Source of the DNA: Promethearchaeota archaeon
Lineage (GTDB): Archaea; Asgardarchaeota; Lokiarchaeia; Sigyniarchaeales; SOKP01
Assembly: GCA_048939015.1 (NCBI GenBank)
Contig: JBHLPW010000053.1
Coordinates: 1 to 32,721, forward strand
Reading direction: 5' to 3'
Length of the DNA stretch: 32,721 bases
The position numbers and the translations under genes are program-made. Under the pieces are notes generated by a model. That model was not told the origin of the DNA. It searched no databases and worked only from the letters and a program-made list of their open reading frames with translations. Below, piece by piece: positions 9,439-19,658 of this stretch. Positions within the stretch are counted from its first letter, which is position 1. Every line of letters begins with the position of its first letter.

Positions 9439-11601
9439 ATGATGAAAAGAAAAAAACAAGACATTAGTAAAGTAGCAACTTCAAAAAGAGAATGGTCTCG
9501 TTTGAGGCGTATGCCTAGGTTAGTGGTTTATGGGTTTGGTATAGTTACACTTTTTTGGTATTTTTGGAGTGTAATTGGTCTAATTATTGGAGTATTATAT
9601 TATATTTTCATAAAAGATAATGCTTGGAAGCGAAATGGAGTAGTTTTAGCAATTGCGATTGGATTTGTCACAGTTTTTGTGCATTTTTACCACGAGATTG
9701 CACCTCTCACCATTGTAATTTGGTATTCTATAATTTTTATCATATCTTACTCCATATACATACTTGGTTTAGAGATTTTAAAAAGAAAGAAGATAACTGT
9801 TAAAAAAATAATTCAATGGTCTCAGAGTTATGAGAGTTTATCAAGGAGGACACATAAAGCAATTGAATTAGTTGTAATACTAGTCCCCATTACTTTGTGG
9901 ACATCTGTGAGTATTGATTTAGGAGTAATGTTTGATAATAATCCGAGGCTTTTATGGGTGAATGCGCCTACCATGATCGATCTTAATGATCCATTTGAAT
10001 TAACAGTTGAAGCTTGGGACAGTTTTGAACGTTTAAGTGCTGTATACAAAGGAAAAGTTGAATTCTCAATAAAATCATATAATTTAAGCAGCTATAATAT
10101 AATCACAAATCCTCAAGTTAATCTACCTGATTCATACACATTTACAGGACAACTAATAGGATCTGATATTGCATATGAAATCAGAGATGGTAAAGATAAC
10201 GGAAGGCATGTGTTTCAAGCTAGTATTAACACACCAGGTTTTCATTATATTTTAGTAAATGATAGTGTAACTAGAAATACATATTATAGCAATCCTATAA
10301 TGGTGAATAATTATACCTCATCAGATCATTTTATAGTATGGGGGGATCTTCACACTCACTCTCAGCTTTCTGATGGGACAGGAACAGCAGATCATTCTTT
10401 TTATTATGCAAAACATATCGCATGCCTAGATTTTTATGCACTCACAGATCATGCAGAAATTATGATGTTTAGTCCATCGTCACTTAACATTCTTGAATCC
10501 AGTACAAATAATTGGTATGACCCTAATAATTTTGTAACATTCCATGGTATAGAGTGGACATGTGTAAGAACAGGTCATTATGTTTGTATCTTTAGTGGGG
10601 ATACATTATTAAAATCACCTATACTCGACTCATACTTTACAGTAAAATCCCCTCAAGCCTTATGGAATGTTCTTGATGATTTTACATCAAGGCAAGGAGT
10701 ACGGGCATTAGCACTACCACATCATTCAACCAAAGAAGCTTATATTCAGGATTGGACATATACCAATCCAAAGTATGTTAAAATAGCAGAAGTATCTTCT
10801 GTTCATGGCGAGTTTCTCTTTGAGCAGCGCCATGAATTAAATTATGTAGGAGCTATTGATCCACCTCCGAGTTATACTAATGGTTCCTCTGTAGTAGATG
10901 CATTTACTATGGGATTTAGGATGACAATGTATGTTTCTAGCGATGAGCATGATGGTCATCCAGGTCATAGTCTAAGTCATACGAGAGCTTATATTGGACA
11001 TCAACGTCCTTTTAGCTTGTGGCATACTCGAAATGAACATCCATATCCTGGAGGATTGACTGCTGTTTATGTAAATAATCTTACAAGAGAAGGAGTTTTC
11101 AGTAGTATTGAAAATCAGAGAATATATGCAAATTCAGATCATGGACGTCCAATACTGAAATTTAAAATAAATGGAACTCCAGTAGGAGATGGATCAAAAT
11201 TTATAGCTAATAGTTTAACAGATCATAGAGAAATTAATGTATTTTTAGCTCAAGATGGAGCACCAGTTGCATTAAAATCCAAATCTGCGTCAGCTACTTC
11301 AAATTGGATTCCGAATTGGAATGCTGATATTGAAATTATTAAAAATGGGGAGTTATGGCATACAGAACAAATTTCGTCTCCAATAGTTAATATTTCTATA
11401 ACTGATAGTGAACCTATAACAGGAACATCCTTTGAAAGTAGTTGTGTCAAAATAGGGAGTAGTTACTATATAAATCATTACAGTGACAATCCTATTGATC
11501 CAACTACTTTAAATACTGGAGGTTTTGACTATTATTTAATTCGCGTTGTAGGGGAAAACGGAAGAATGTCTTATGTTGGACCTATATGGGTGGAATATTA
11601 A
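9439..11601 (+). CDS. Membrane-anchored PHP-fold metallohydrolase (DUF3604 / CehA-McbA-like)
   Basis: N-terminal transmembrane segments. Motifs WGDLHTHSQLSDG, ALTDHAE, GIEWT...GH, PHH and SSDEHDGHPG. C-terminal YYLIRVVGENGRMSYVGPIWV. Confidence 0.8.
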   Translation: MMKRKKQDISKVATSKREWSRLRRMPRLVVYGFGIVTLFWYFWSVIGLIIGVLYYIFIKDNAWKRNGVVLAIAIGFVTVFVHFYHEIAPLTIVIWYSIIFIISYSIYILGLEILKRKKITVKKIIQWSQSYESLSRRTHKAIELVVILVPITLWTSVSIDLGVMFDNNPRLLWVNAPTMIDLNDPFELTVEAWDSFERLSAVYKGKVEFSIKSYNLSSYNIITNPQVNLPDSYTFTGQLIGSDIAYEIRDGKDNGRHVFQASINTPGFHYILVNDSVTRNTYYSNPIMVNNYTSSDHFIVWGDLHTHSQLSDGTGTADHSFYYAKHIACLDFYALTDHAEIMMFSPSSLNILESSTNNWYDPNNFVTFHGIEWTCVRTGHYVCIFSGDTLLKSPILDSYFTVKSPQALWNVLDDFTSRQGVRALALPHHSTKEAYIQDWTYTNPKYVKIAEVSSVHGEFLFEQRHELNYVGAIDPPPSYTNGSSVVDAFTMGFRMTMYVSSDEHDGHPGHSLSHTRAYIGHQRPFSLWHTRNEHPYPGGLTAVYVNNLTREGVFSSIENQRIYANSDHGRPILKFKINGTPVGDGSKFIANSLTDHREINVFLAQDGAPVALKSKSASATSNWIPNWNADIEIIKNGELWHTEQISSPIVNISITDSEPITGTSFESSCVKIGSSYYINHYSDNPIDPTTLNTGGFDYYLIRVVGENGRMSYVGPIWVEY

Positions 11602-11690
11602 AACTCTTGCTTTTTGATAAGATTCAATTAGTTTTTATTAAACAAATCGTTATCAAACTCAATTAGGAATATAATTAAAGGGTATTTAAG

Positions 11691-14483
11691 ATGAAAGCTA
11701 ATAAAATCATAATTGTTCCACATACACACTGGGATCGAGAATGGTATTTAACCTTTCAAGAGTTCCGCGCTAGATTAGTAATAATGATGGATAAATTGTT
11801 GCATATTTTAAAGACGGATCCTGACTACAAAAATTTTACACTTGATGGTCAGGTAATCCCTTTAGAGGATTACTTAGAAGTGAGACCTGAAAGAGAAGAA
11901 GAAATTAAAAAATATGTAAAGCAAGGAAGACTCTCAATTGGCCCTATGTATGTTCTTCCTGATGAGTTTTTAGTTAGTGGTGAATCAATCATTAGAAATC
12001 TTACGATTGGACATCAGATTGCTAAGAGATTCGGAAGAGTTATGAAAGTGGGTTATATCCCAGACCCTTTTGGTCACATAGCTCAACTCCCGCAAATTCT
12101 CCAAGGATTTGAAATTCCATCCGTAATGTTTCAAAGAGGTTTTGGCAATGAGTTTGAAGAGAATAATTTGAGTATGGAATTTAAATGGAAGGCTCCTGGA
12201 GAAGCAGCATCCATTTTAGCTATTTTCTTAAGATATGGATATGGATCATTAATACTACATAATACCAAAACAATTAACGGAAAATTTTTACCTGTTTTAA
12301 GAGTAATTAAAAACACCATTCGAAAATTCGAAGAAATAATAGTCACTTCTAATGTTCTACTAAGTAATGGTGATGATCATATTGAAGCACTACCTGAAAT
12401 TCCCAAAATAGTAAAGCAATGGAATGATTTAAACCCCGATAAATATCTGGAACAAGCAGATTTTGAATATTATGTTAATAAGGTTATTGAATCCAATCCA
12501 GAATTAAACGTATTTCAAGGAGAATTGAGATGGGGTAGATATTCGCATTTGTTATCCGGAGTTCTTTCAGCACGTATGTGGATAAAACAAAGAAATACTT
12601 CTATAGAATATCAATATGAAAAATATGCTGAGCCACTTTCAACAATAACATGGATCCTCGACAAACATAATAGATTTATCTACCCTAAAGATTATATTTT
12701 GACTGGATTGAAGTGGCTTCAAAAAAATGCTCCACATGACTCTATATGTGGTTGTAGTATAGATCAGGTTCATTATGAAATGATTACTCGGTTTGATTGG
12801 GCAGAACAAATTGCAAACGAAATTTTTAAGGATTCATTCTCTTATCTAAGTGATCTTATAAATACAGAATCTAAATATAAACACCTTAATATCTTATTAA
12901 TATATAATCCACTTCCTTGGCAACGGAAAGATGTTGTAACTGTTAATATTATAGGGAAAAAAACAGGTGGAGAAAAACTCCCATTTAAAATCAGACTTAT
13001 TGATACTGATGGAAAAGAAAAAGAGTTTCAGCATCAATTTGTTGAAGAAGAACCGAGATTTACCCTAACTACAGATATTAGTCATAAATTTACGTTTGTA
13101 GCTGATGTCCCTGCATTAGGTTATAAGACATATTATATTCTTCCAGTAAAATCTGAAAATGAAATTATTACCAAAGAAGATGATAATTTTAAAATTACCC
13201 GAGATCAGTTAGAAAATGAATTTTATAAAATTAATATAAAATCAAATGGATTCATTGATGTATTTGATAAAGAAACAGGAATTTTATATGAAAATGTTTG
13301 TGAATTTGAGGATTTAGGAGATTGGGGTGATGAGTATGACTTTTCTAGCCCGAGAGAAAATCAAACAGATATGCTTTTTACTTCAGAAGATGCAACTGTA
13401 TTTGAAAGATCAGTACACATTAATGGTCCTACTCAAAAAACATTTAAGCTTAGACTAAATTTAAAACTCCCTTATTCATTAACTCAGGATAAGTATAATA
13501 GAGAAGAATATTTAGTCGATAATAAGATATCAATATTTATTACCTTATACAAAGGAATGAAAAGGATAGATTTTAATATCATACTAGAAAATAACAGCAA
13601 AGATCATAGAATACGTGTTAAATTCCCTACAAAAATAAAATCAGAAACTGTAAATGCTGATGGTCATTTCTATGTTATATCCAGAAATGTTCGATTGCCT
13701 AAAGGGGAAAATTGGATTCAAAAACCTTTACCCATGAATCACCAAAAGGATTTTGTATCAATTAGTGATGATTCAGGAACTTTTGCTGTATTAAACAAAG
13801 GATTACCTGAATACGAAGCAATTACTGAAGATGATGGAACCATTACATTTGCAATAACTCTATTACGATGTGTTGAATGGTTATCTCGCGACGATTTTGC
13901 CAGCAGAATGTCCCATGCGGGACCTGGATTTAAAACTCCAGGAGCACAATGTCTTGGGAAACAATCATTTGAATTGTCAATGATTACGACATCGAAATCA
14001 GACTGGTTAGATTCAGATATACATCTTAGAGGAAAAGAGTTTAACAATCCCTTAAAGCCCATATTTCCTGCAATGGCGTATAGCCCTTTTAGGATATCAG
14101 ATAAAGTTAAATTAAGACCTACTGGTGTCATGTCTTACTATTTTAAACCAAAAAAGAAATCTTTTGAACCATATCTTCCAGAAAATCTTAGTTTTCTTGA
14201 AATTGATAATAAGAATATAGCTTTGAGTGCTTTTAAAAAATCAGAAGAAGGGGATTGTGTTGTTCTCAGAGTTTATAATATAAGTTCTAATTATCAAAAA
14301 GCAGTTTTAACCTTTTATGAGAAGATTTTAGTTAGAAAGGTTGAGATTGTAAATTTACTTGAGGAACCCTCAAAAAATGAAATTAAAGCAAATATCGATA
14401 ATTATATGGATAATATAATAGAATTATCCATAGACCCGCACGTAATTGTCACAATTAAGATTGATTGTGAATTATTGGAGTGA
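11691..14483 (+). CDS. Glycoside hydrolase family 38 alpha-mannosidase (MngB-like)
   Basis: HTHWDREW, LDGQ, PDEFLVSGES, IPDPFGH (nucleophile Asp), PHDSICGCS, GDEYDFS and NKGLPEYE. Confidence 0.92.
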   Translation: MKANKIIIVPHTHWDREWYLTFQEFRARLVIMMDKLLHILKTDPDYKNFTLDGQVIPLEDYLEVRPEREEEIKKYVKQGRLSIGPMYVLPDEFLVSGESIIRNLTIGHQIAKRFGRVMKVGYIPDPFGHIAQLPQILQGFEIPSVMFQRGFGNEFEENNLSMEFKWKAPGEAASILAIFLRYGYGSLILHNTKTINGKFLPVLRVIKNTIRKFEEIIVTSNVLLSNGDDHIEALPEIPKIVKQWNDLNPDKYLEQADFEYYVNKVIESNPELNVFQGELRWGRYSHLLSGVLSARMWIKQRNTSIEYQYEKYAEPLSTITWILDKHNRFIYPKDYILTGLKWLQKNAPHDSICGCSIDQVHYEMITRFDWAEQIANEIFKDSFSYLSDLINTESKYKHLNILLIYNPLPWQRKDVVTVNIIGKKTGGEKLPFKIRLIDTDGKEKEFQHQFVEEEPRFTLTTDISHKFTFVADVPALGYKTYYILPVKSENEIITKEDDNFKITRDQLENEFYKINIKSNGFIDVFDKETGILYENVCEFEDLGDWGDEYDFSSPRENQTDMLFTSEDATVFERSVHINGPTQKTFKLRLNLKLPYSLTQDKYNREEYLVDNKISIFITLYKGMKRIDFNIILENNSKDHRIRVKFPTKIKSETVNADGHFYVISRNVRLPKGENWIQKPLPMNHQKDFVSISDDSGTFAVLNKGLPEYEAITEDDGTITFAITLLRCVEWLSRDDFASRMSHAGPGFKTPGAQCLGKQSFELSMITTSKSDWLDSDIHLRGKEFNNPLKPIFPAMAYSPFRISDKVKLRPTGVMSYYFKPKKKSFEPYLPENLSFLEIDNKNIALSAFKKSEEGDCVVLRVYNISSNYQKAVLTFYEKILVRKVEIVNLLEEPSKNEIKANIDNYMDNIIELSIDPHVIVTIKIDCELLE

Positions 14484-14622
14484 CAATGATTCTATTATTT
14501 TAATAAAATTTTTTCTCTAATTCTTAAGAGTATTGAAAATCTGAAATTCCTTTTATTATAGTAAAAAAAAAATAGTATACGGATAAAAAAATAGATTTAC
14601 ATATTAAAAGTTGTTATTTACA

Positions 14623-15690
14623 ATGAAATTTATTGATTACTCTAAGAAATATATTCCCAAAATAAATAATGCAATTAAAAAGGTTTATGATCGAAAATTA
14701 AACAGTATCCTAAATCCATTTTTGAAAGATTATTATTCAGAATTGAAAGATTATTTCTTATCAGGTGGAAAAAGAATCAGACCTCTACTTTGTATTGCTA
14801 CTTTCAATGCTTTCAATGGAAATCCAGATGATATGATTGTTTTACCCAGTATTGGTGTAGAATTCCTTCATAATGCTTCTTTAATTCATGACGATATCAT
14901 TGATAAGGATGATTTTAGGAGAGGAAAACCTGCATTTCATTTCAGATTTCGTAATTATCATCAAAAGTACAAATTGAAAAGAATGACTGATTATGATTTT
15001 GGGAATTCAATCGGGATAATTGGTGGTGATTCTGCATTTTTTTTAGGCTTAGAAGCATATCTTCTTAGTGATTTTGATAAAGAACTAAATATAAATGCTA
15101 TTAATTATTATGAACAAGCTTTTATTGAAATTGCGAACGGAGTCCTGATAGAAACTGATATGGTTAACCAGAGAAATCTGACTATTCATGATTATATTAA
15201 AATGATTTCATTAAAAACGGGAGCTTTAATTGAAAAATCTATTTTAATTGGTGCAAACTTTGCTAGAGTAGAAGAAAAGTTAAATAAATATCTATCGACT
15301 TATGGTACTAATCTTGGCATAATTTTCCAGATAATAGATGATATATTAGGAACTTTCGGAGATGAAAAGATCACTGGTAAGCCCATAGATTCAGATATAT
15401 TAGAGGGAAAAAAAACATGTTTACTGATTGAAGCGTTAAATAAATTGGATAAAAAAGATAAAGATAGACTAGAAGGAATAATTGAGAATCCGAATATTTC
15501 AAAAAATGATGTTCAAGAAGTAAGAGATTTATATCTTAAGGCAGAAGTCCTGAATTCATGTAAAGATTTAGCAAATTCTTATTATAATGAAGCAAAACTC
15601 TCACTTGATAAATTAAAAAAAAATATTAATCAATCTGAATTTGAATTCTTTGAAAATTTATTAGAATTCGTCCTTGAAAGAAAATTCTAA
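14623..15690 (+). CDS. Trans-polyprenyl diphosphate synthase (IdsA/GGPP synthase family, product length uncertain)
   Basis: GGKRIRP, first Asp-rich motif DDIIDKDDFRRG, KTG, second Asp-rich motif FQIIDDILG and DILEGKKT. ATG 14623 is preferred over TTG 14611. Confidence 0.92.
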   Translation: MKFIDYSKKYIPKINNAIKKVYDRKLNSILNPFLKDYYSELKDYFLSGGKRIRPLLCIATFNAFNGNPDDMIVLPSIGVEFLHNASLIHDDIIDKDDFRRGKPAFHFRFRNYHQKYKLKRMTDYDFGNSIGIIGGDSAFFLGLEAYLLSDFDKELNINAINYYEQAFIEIANGVLIETDMVNQRNLTIHDYIKMISLKTGALIEKSILIGANFARVEEKLNKYLSTYGTNLGIIFQIIDDILGTFGDEKITGKPIDSDILEGKKTCLLIEALNKLDKKDKDRLEGIIENPNISKNDVQEVRDLYLKAEVLNSCKDLANSYYNEAKLSLDKLKKNINQSEFEFFENLLEFVLERKF

Positions 15691-15834
15691 ACATTATAAA
15701 TTGGTAAAATATCCTATTTTTTATATTTTTATGATATTGTTACACAATTTTTACTAAAAACGCAACTATATATAATAATTCTTTTGTTAGAAATATGTAT
15801 AATAAAACTCAATTCATTATAGTTTTTTTATAAA

Positions 15835-16251
15835 ATGAGTGATTTAGCTACACCTGACAAATCTATAGGGAATAATCATTATGACATCCTAATTGTGGAT
15901 GATAGTAAATATATTATAGAATTAACAACCCAAATTATAAGATCAAAAGGATTTGTCTGTAAAGCTGTGAACAATCTTTTAGAAGCAGAAAGAGAGTTTA
16001 TGTTTCATTCACCAAAATTAATATTTCTGGATGTTAATCTGCCTGGTTCAAATGGGTATGATTTTTGTAAAATGGTGAGATCAAGTGAAAAACAACGGGA
16101 TACACTTATATATTATTTTACCGGTATTCCCGAAGCTGAAATCGCTATAAAAACACTTGAAACAAAAGCAGATGGTTATTTAAAAAAACCCTTTGATTTA
16201 TCTGATTTTAATGATATTTTAGCTCAATTAGACCAAAAAACTATCTTTTAA
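15835..16251 (+). CDS. Single-domain response regulator receiver (CheY-like)
   Basis: ILIVDDS, phosphoacceptor in IFLDVNLPGSNG, YFTG and YLKKPF. Confidence 0.9.
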   Translation: MSDLATPDKSIGNNHYDILIVDDSKYIIELTTQIIRSKGFVCKAVNNLLEAEREFMFHSPKLIFLDVNLPGSNGYDFCKMVRSSEKQRDTLIYYFTGIPEAEIAIKTLETKADGYLKKPFDLSDFNDILAQLDQKTIF

Positions 16252-16390
16252 GTACCTGAATTTAAAAGAGAATATTCTTTGTATTATTATAGCAAATTGA
16301 AATCTTAATAAAAATTAATAAATTTGTAAATTATAATAAATTAATAAAACTCATTTCAAATTATTTCGAGTTATTTAAGGAGGTTATTTA

Positions 16391-16774
16391 TTGAAAGTAC
16401 TCCAAGATATTTGGATAATAGAAAAATCGGGGATAGTAGTATTTCATAGAGCGTACGATAAGGCTGTACCTCCTCAACTCTTTGGAGCAATGATGAGTGC
16501 CTTAAACCACTTTGCTGAACAATTAACGGAGGGAGGGCTGTCTAATTTTGATTTACAAAATACGAGATTTACTTTAATTAAGCAAAGTGAACTAATTTTT
16601 GTTGCTATTTCTTCTAAAACATTTAAGCAAAAAAAAGTAAATAAAGAATTGAAAAAAGTCTCAAATAAATTTATTAACCTTTATGCTGAGAGATTAGAAT
16701 CCTTTAAAGGGAAGTTAGGTGCTTTTGCTGAGTTTGAAAAGGAAATTGAGGATTCTATTGAAAAAAAGTTTTAA
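16391..16774 (+). CDS. Small longin-like domain protein
   Basis: Pattern IWIIEKSGIVVFHR...QLFGAMMSALNHFAEQL...LIFVAIS...LKKVSNKFINLY. AAGGAGG lies upstream of the TTG start. Confidence 0.75.
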   Translation: MKVLQDIWIIEKSGIVVFHRAYDKAVPPQLFGAMMSALNHFAEQLTEGGLSNFDLQNTRFTLIKQSELIFVAISSKTFKQKKVNKELKKVSNKFINLYAERLESFKGKLGAFAEFEKEIEDSIEKKF

Positions 16775-16816
16775 TAAATTGGATTTTTAATTCATTATAC
16801 TTATGAAGGATTGATT

Positions 16817-18709
16817 TTATTGATTTATCCATTGGTATAGTTCACCTAATAAAATCCTTTTTTTATCATTACTTCTAAGATTACCTATTTTTCCAATGTT
16901 CATTAACCAAAGCGTAGACCTTAACTCTTGTTTTAAAGTTTTTATCTCTTTAATAGTATTTGATTGAGAATTGTTGGTGTAATCTAGCCATGCAGTCTTT
17001 AAAAATTTAAACGCAAAGCCCCCTATATCCGCACCTAAAACAATTGATTTGGCAATATCAAGTCCAGATCGTAAACCACCAGTTGCAATTATTAATTTTT
17101 TAGATACATTCCTAACATTTATTATACTAACTGGTGTAGGAATGCCCCATTCCCGAAATGTATTAGCAATCTTTCTAGTGTATGCTTCGAAACTACTTTC
17201 GTCTCGGAAGGATTCTATAGCAGCAAAACTAGTACCTCCAGTTCCTCCAACATCGAATCCGTCAAATCCAAGTAAATCAAGTTTTTGAGCTAATTCACTG
17301 TTGAATCCTGTTCCAACTTCTTTAGCTATGATAGGAATATTTATTTCTTTTCTTAATTCTTTAAATTTTGCTTCAAAATTTTTATAAGAGATATTTCCAT
17401 CACTTTGGACTAGTTCATGTAAAGCATTAAAGTGTATCGCCATGACATCAGCATCAATCATCTTTATACATTTATGAAAATCTTCAAAATCAAATCTAGG
17501 ATCACAGAGTTGACCAATTCCTAAATTTCCTATTACGGGGATTCTGGGTGCGACGTCACGTACAATTTTGAATGAATCAATAGTTGAAGGATCTTCTAAT
17601 CCAATTCTTTGACTTCCAACACTCATTATAATATTCTCTGATTTAGCAGCATAAGCTAAAATATTATTAATCGCTTTAGAGATCTCATGTCCTCCTGTTA
17701 TTGCTGAAATACAAATAGGCGCCGATATTTTTTTATTAAAAAAATCAACAGAAAGATCAATATCTTCTAACTCAAATTCTGGTAATGGATGATGAACTAA
17801 ATTAATATCATCAAAATAGTTCTTTACATGTTGCACATTATGCTCTAGAGGTATTTTTATGTGTTGAATTTTTCTGTTGTATAATTTATTTATATTCTCT
17901 CCATCAAATATGGGTTCAATGTTCGTACATTTTAAATATTGATTATTTAAGGCTTTAAAGATATTTTTATTTTTGATTCCGTTGATAATTTGAACGGGAA
18001 TGTTAAATTTTATAATTTCTTTGATAGTTTCTAATTTACCTTTTATACCACCAGTAACATCTATTTTCTGGTCTAATTCTGCTAATTCTAAATTATTCAA
18101 TTCGTAAGGTTTTAATTTTAAAGCGAGCTTCTTGTTACCATTATCTTTTATATATATCCCATCCTCCTCGATAGCAAATACTATTTTTATTATCTTATAT
18201 TTTTGAAGCGTTTCGCATAATTTTAATATAATTTGATCTCCAGAAAGAATAGTAAATGAATTGTCCCAACTTAGAAGAATGTCACCATAAAGAATGGGTA
18301 TAATTCCCAGTTCAATCAATTTTTCAATAGGCTCTACAGATTTTAAAAAAATTTGATTAAAATCCTTTATAAATATACTAGAAGGTTGAATTGAAACTGC
18401 AGGATTCCCCTTCTCTAAAAACTGATTAATTATAATTGAATTAAATTTATTCATAGCTTCATGTGTTTTAGAAAGGCCAATTAATTGATCCTGAATGGAA
18501 TCATTTAAACCTTGAGAAATTTGATATTTTTTAGCAACAGGGTGACCAAAAGAACCTCCTCCATGAATTAAAATAACCCTTTTCTTACTTTCAATAACTT
18601 GATTGACACAATTTTCTAAAACATCTTCTCTTAAAGAAAAAGGAGTATTTTTATCAGTTAATAAACTTCCGCCTAACTTTAATAGAATAATTTCATTATT
18701 AGTCTTCAG
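16817..18709 (-). CDS. fni: Fusion of isopentenyl phosphate kinase (N-terminal) and type 2 FMN-dependent IPP isomerase (C-terminal)
   Basis: The frame is open 85 codons upstream of ATG 18454 and encodes IPK motifs KLGGSLLTDK and IHGGGSFGH. It continues with GDI, SGD and DVTGGIKGKL, then IDI-2 motifs RKIQHI, SAITGG, VGSQR, HFNALHE, AKEVGTG, GGTSFAAIE and ATGGLRSG. The CTG 18709 start is inferred. Confidence 0.9.
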   Translation of the reverse strand: MKTNNEIILLKLGGSLLTDKNTPFSLREDVLENCVNQVIESKKRVILIHGGGSFGHPVAKKYQISQGLNDSIQDQLIGLSKTHEAMNKFNSIIINQFLEKGNPAVSIQPSSIFIKDFNQIFLKSVEPIEKLIELGIIPILYGDILLSWDNSFTILSGDQIILKLCETLQKYKIIKIVFAIEEDGIYIKDNGNKKLALKLKPYELNNLELAELDQKIDVTGGIKGKLETIKEIIKFNIPVQIINGIKNKNIFKALNNQYLKCTNIEPIFDGENINKLYNRKIQHIKIPLEHNVQHVKNYFDDINLVHHPLPEFELEDIDLSVDFFNKKISAPICISAITGGHEISKAINNILAYAAKSENIIMSVGSQRIGLEDPSTIDSFKIVRDVAPRIPVIGNLGIGQLCDPRFDFEDFHKCIKMIDADVMAIHFNALHELVQSDGNISYKNFEAKFKELRKEINIPIIAKEVGTGFNSELAQKLDLLGFDGFDVGGTGGTSFAAIESFRDESSFEAYTRKIANTFREWGIPTPVSIINVRNVSKKLIIATGGLRSGLDIAKSIVLGADIGGFAFKFLKTAWLDYTNNSQSNTIKEIKTLKQELRSTLWLMNIGKIGNLRSNDKKRILLGELYQWINQ

Positions 18710-18725
18710 TTTTATTTCACACTCA

Positions 18726-19658
18726 TCAAATCATTGTTCTCCATGCATCAAATCCTTCTTTTTTAATAGCTTCCGCAATTTTTTCTTGAATTTTTTCGTT
18801 TTCAGCTAAGGATATTACCAAACCACCTCTACCTGTTCCAGTTACTTTTGCCCCAATTGCTCCATTTTTTCGCGCAATATCAACCAACTTATCATTTAAA
18901 GGTCCAGAAACTGTGAGATCTTGAAGTAATTTATGGTTTTGATTCATCAATGATCCAATGGTAAGACTGTTTCCTTCAAGTAAGGCCGATTTTGCATTAT
19001 TTGCTAATATTTTGTATTTATTGAAGATTTTTTCAAACTTTATTGGATTTTCCTCTTTAAAGTGTCGTACATCAGCAACTACTTCTGTTGTGGAAGCTGT
19101 TATTCCTGAATTAGCAATAATTAGAGGCATTTTTTTCGGTGATTTCAAAAGATCCATCGTATTTTTTCCACCTTTTAAATTTTTGACAAACCAAATCAAA
19201 CCTCCGTAGGTAGAGGCGGTATTATCTATCCCAGAAGGAGTTCCATGGTAGGCTTTCTCTCCTTCATAGGCAGCTTCATTTATCTTTTCATTATCGAGAT
19301 TTAGATTAAAGCTATTACTAAGGGCACGAGCTAAAGATGTACACTGAGCAGCAGAAGCTCCAACTCCACTTGCAGCAATTAAATCACCTGCAAAAGTTAT
19401 TTCAAGCTTTTGATTTTCAGTATTTATCTTTAAATGGTTAATTACATTTTTAACTGATTGCATTGCTTCATTATATTTCATTTTTTTGTAACCCGGTGTT
19501 TCAGGTCTCTGATCGTTAACTGTCCACCCTGATCCCTTAACAATTTTAACTTCAGCAGATGTAAAAGATCCCAAGGCAGATGCTATAGCAGGGAGTCCAT
19601 ATACGACAAAATGTTCTCCAAATAAGATTGTTTTTCCAAAGCCCTTGCCAATACCCAT
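18726..19658 (-). CDS. mvk: Mevalonate kinase
   Basis: GKTILFGEHFVVYG, GHMP loop ASGVGASAA, HGTPSGIDN and GAKVTGTGRGG, plus pathway context. Confidence 0.93.
   Translation of the reverse strand: MGIGKGFGKTILFGEHFVVYGLPAIASALGSFTSAEVKIVKGSGWTVNDQRPETPGYKKMKYNEAMQSVKNVINHLKINTENQKLEITFAGDLIAASGVGASAAQCTSLARALSNSFNLNLDNEKINEAAYEGEKAYHGTPSGIDNTASTYGGLIWFVKNLKGGKNTMDLLKSPKKMPLIIANSGITASTTEVVADVRHFKEENPIKFEKIFNKYKILANNAKSALLEGNSLTIGSLMNQNHKLLQDLTVSGPLNDKLVDIARKNGAIGAKVTGTGRGGLVISLAENEKIQEKIAEAIKKEGFDAWRTMI

Noticed and set aside
18700-18733. Programmed frameshift or readthrough fusing mvk to IPK-IDI2
   Set aside because: mvk ends in tandem TGA TGA with a third TGA two codons later, and no clear slippery heptamer is visible. 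An SD-like motif plus CTG is the simpler explanation.
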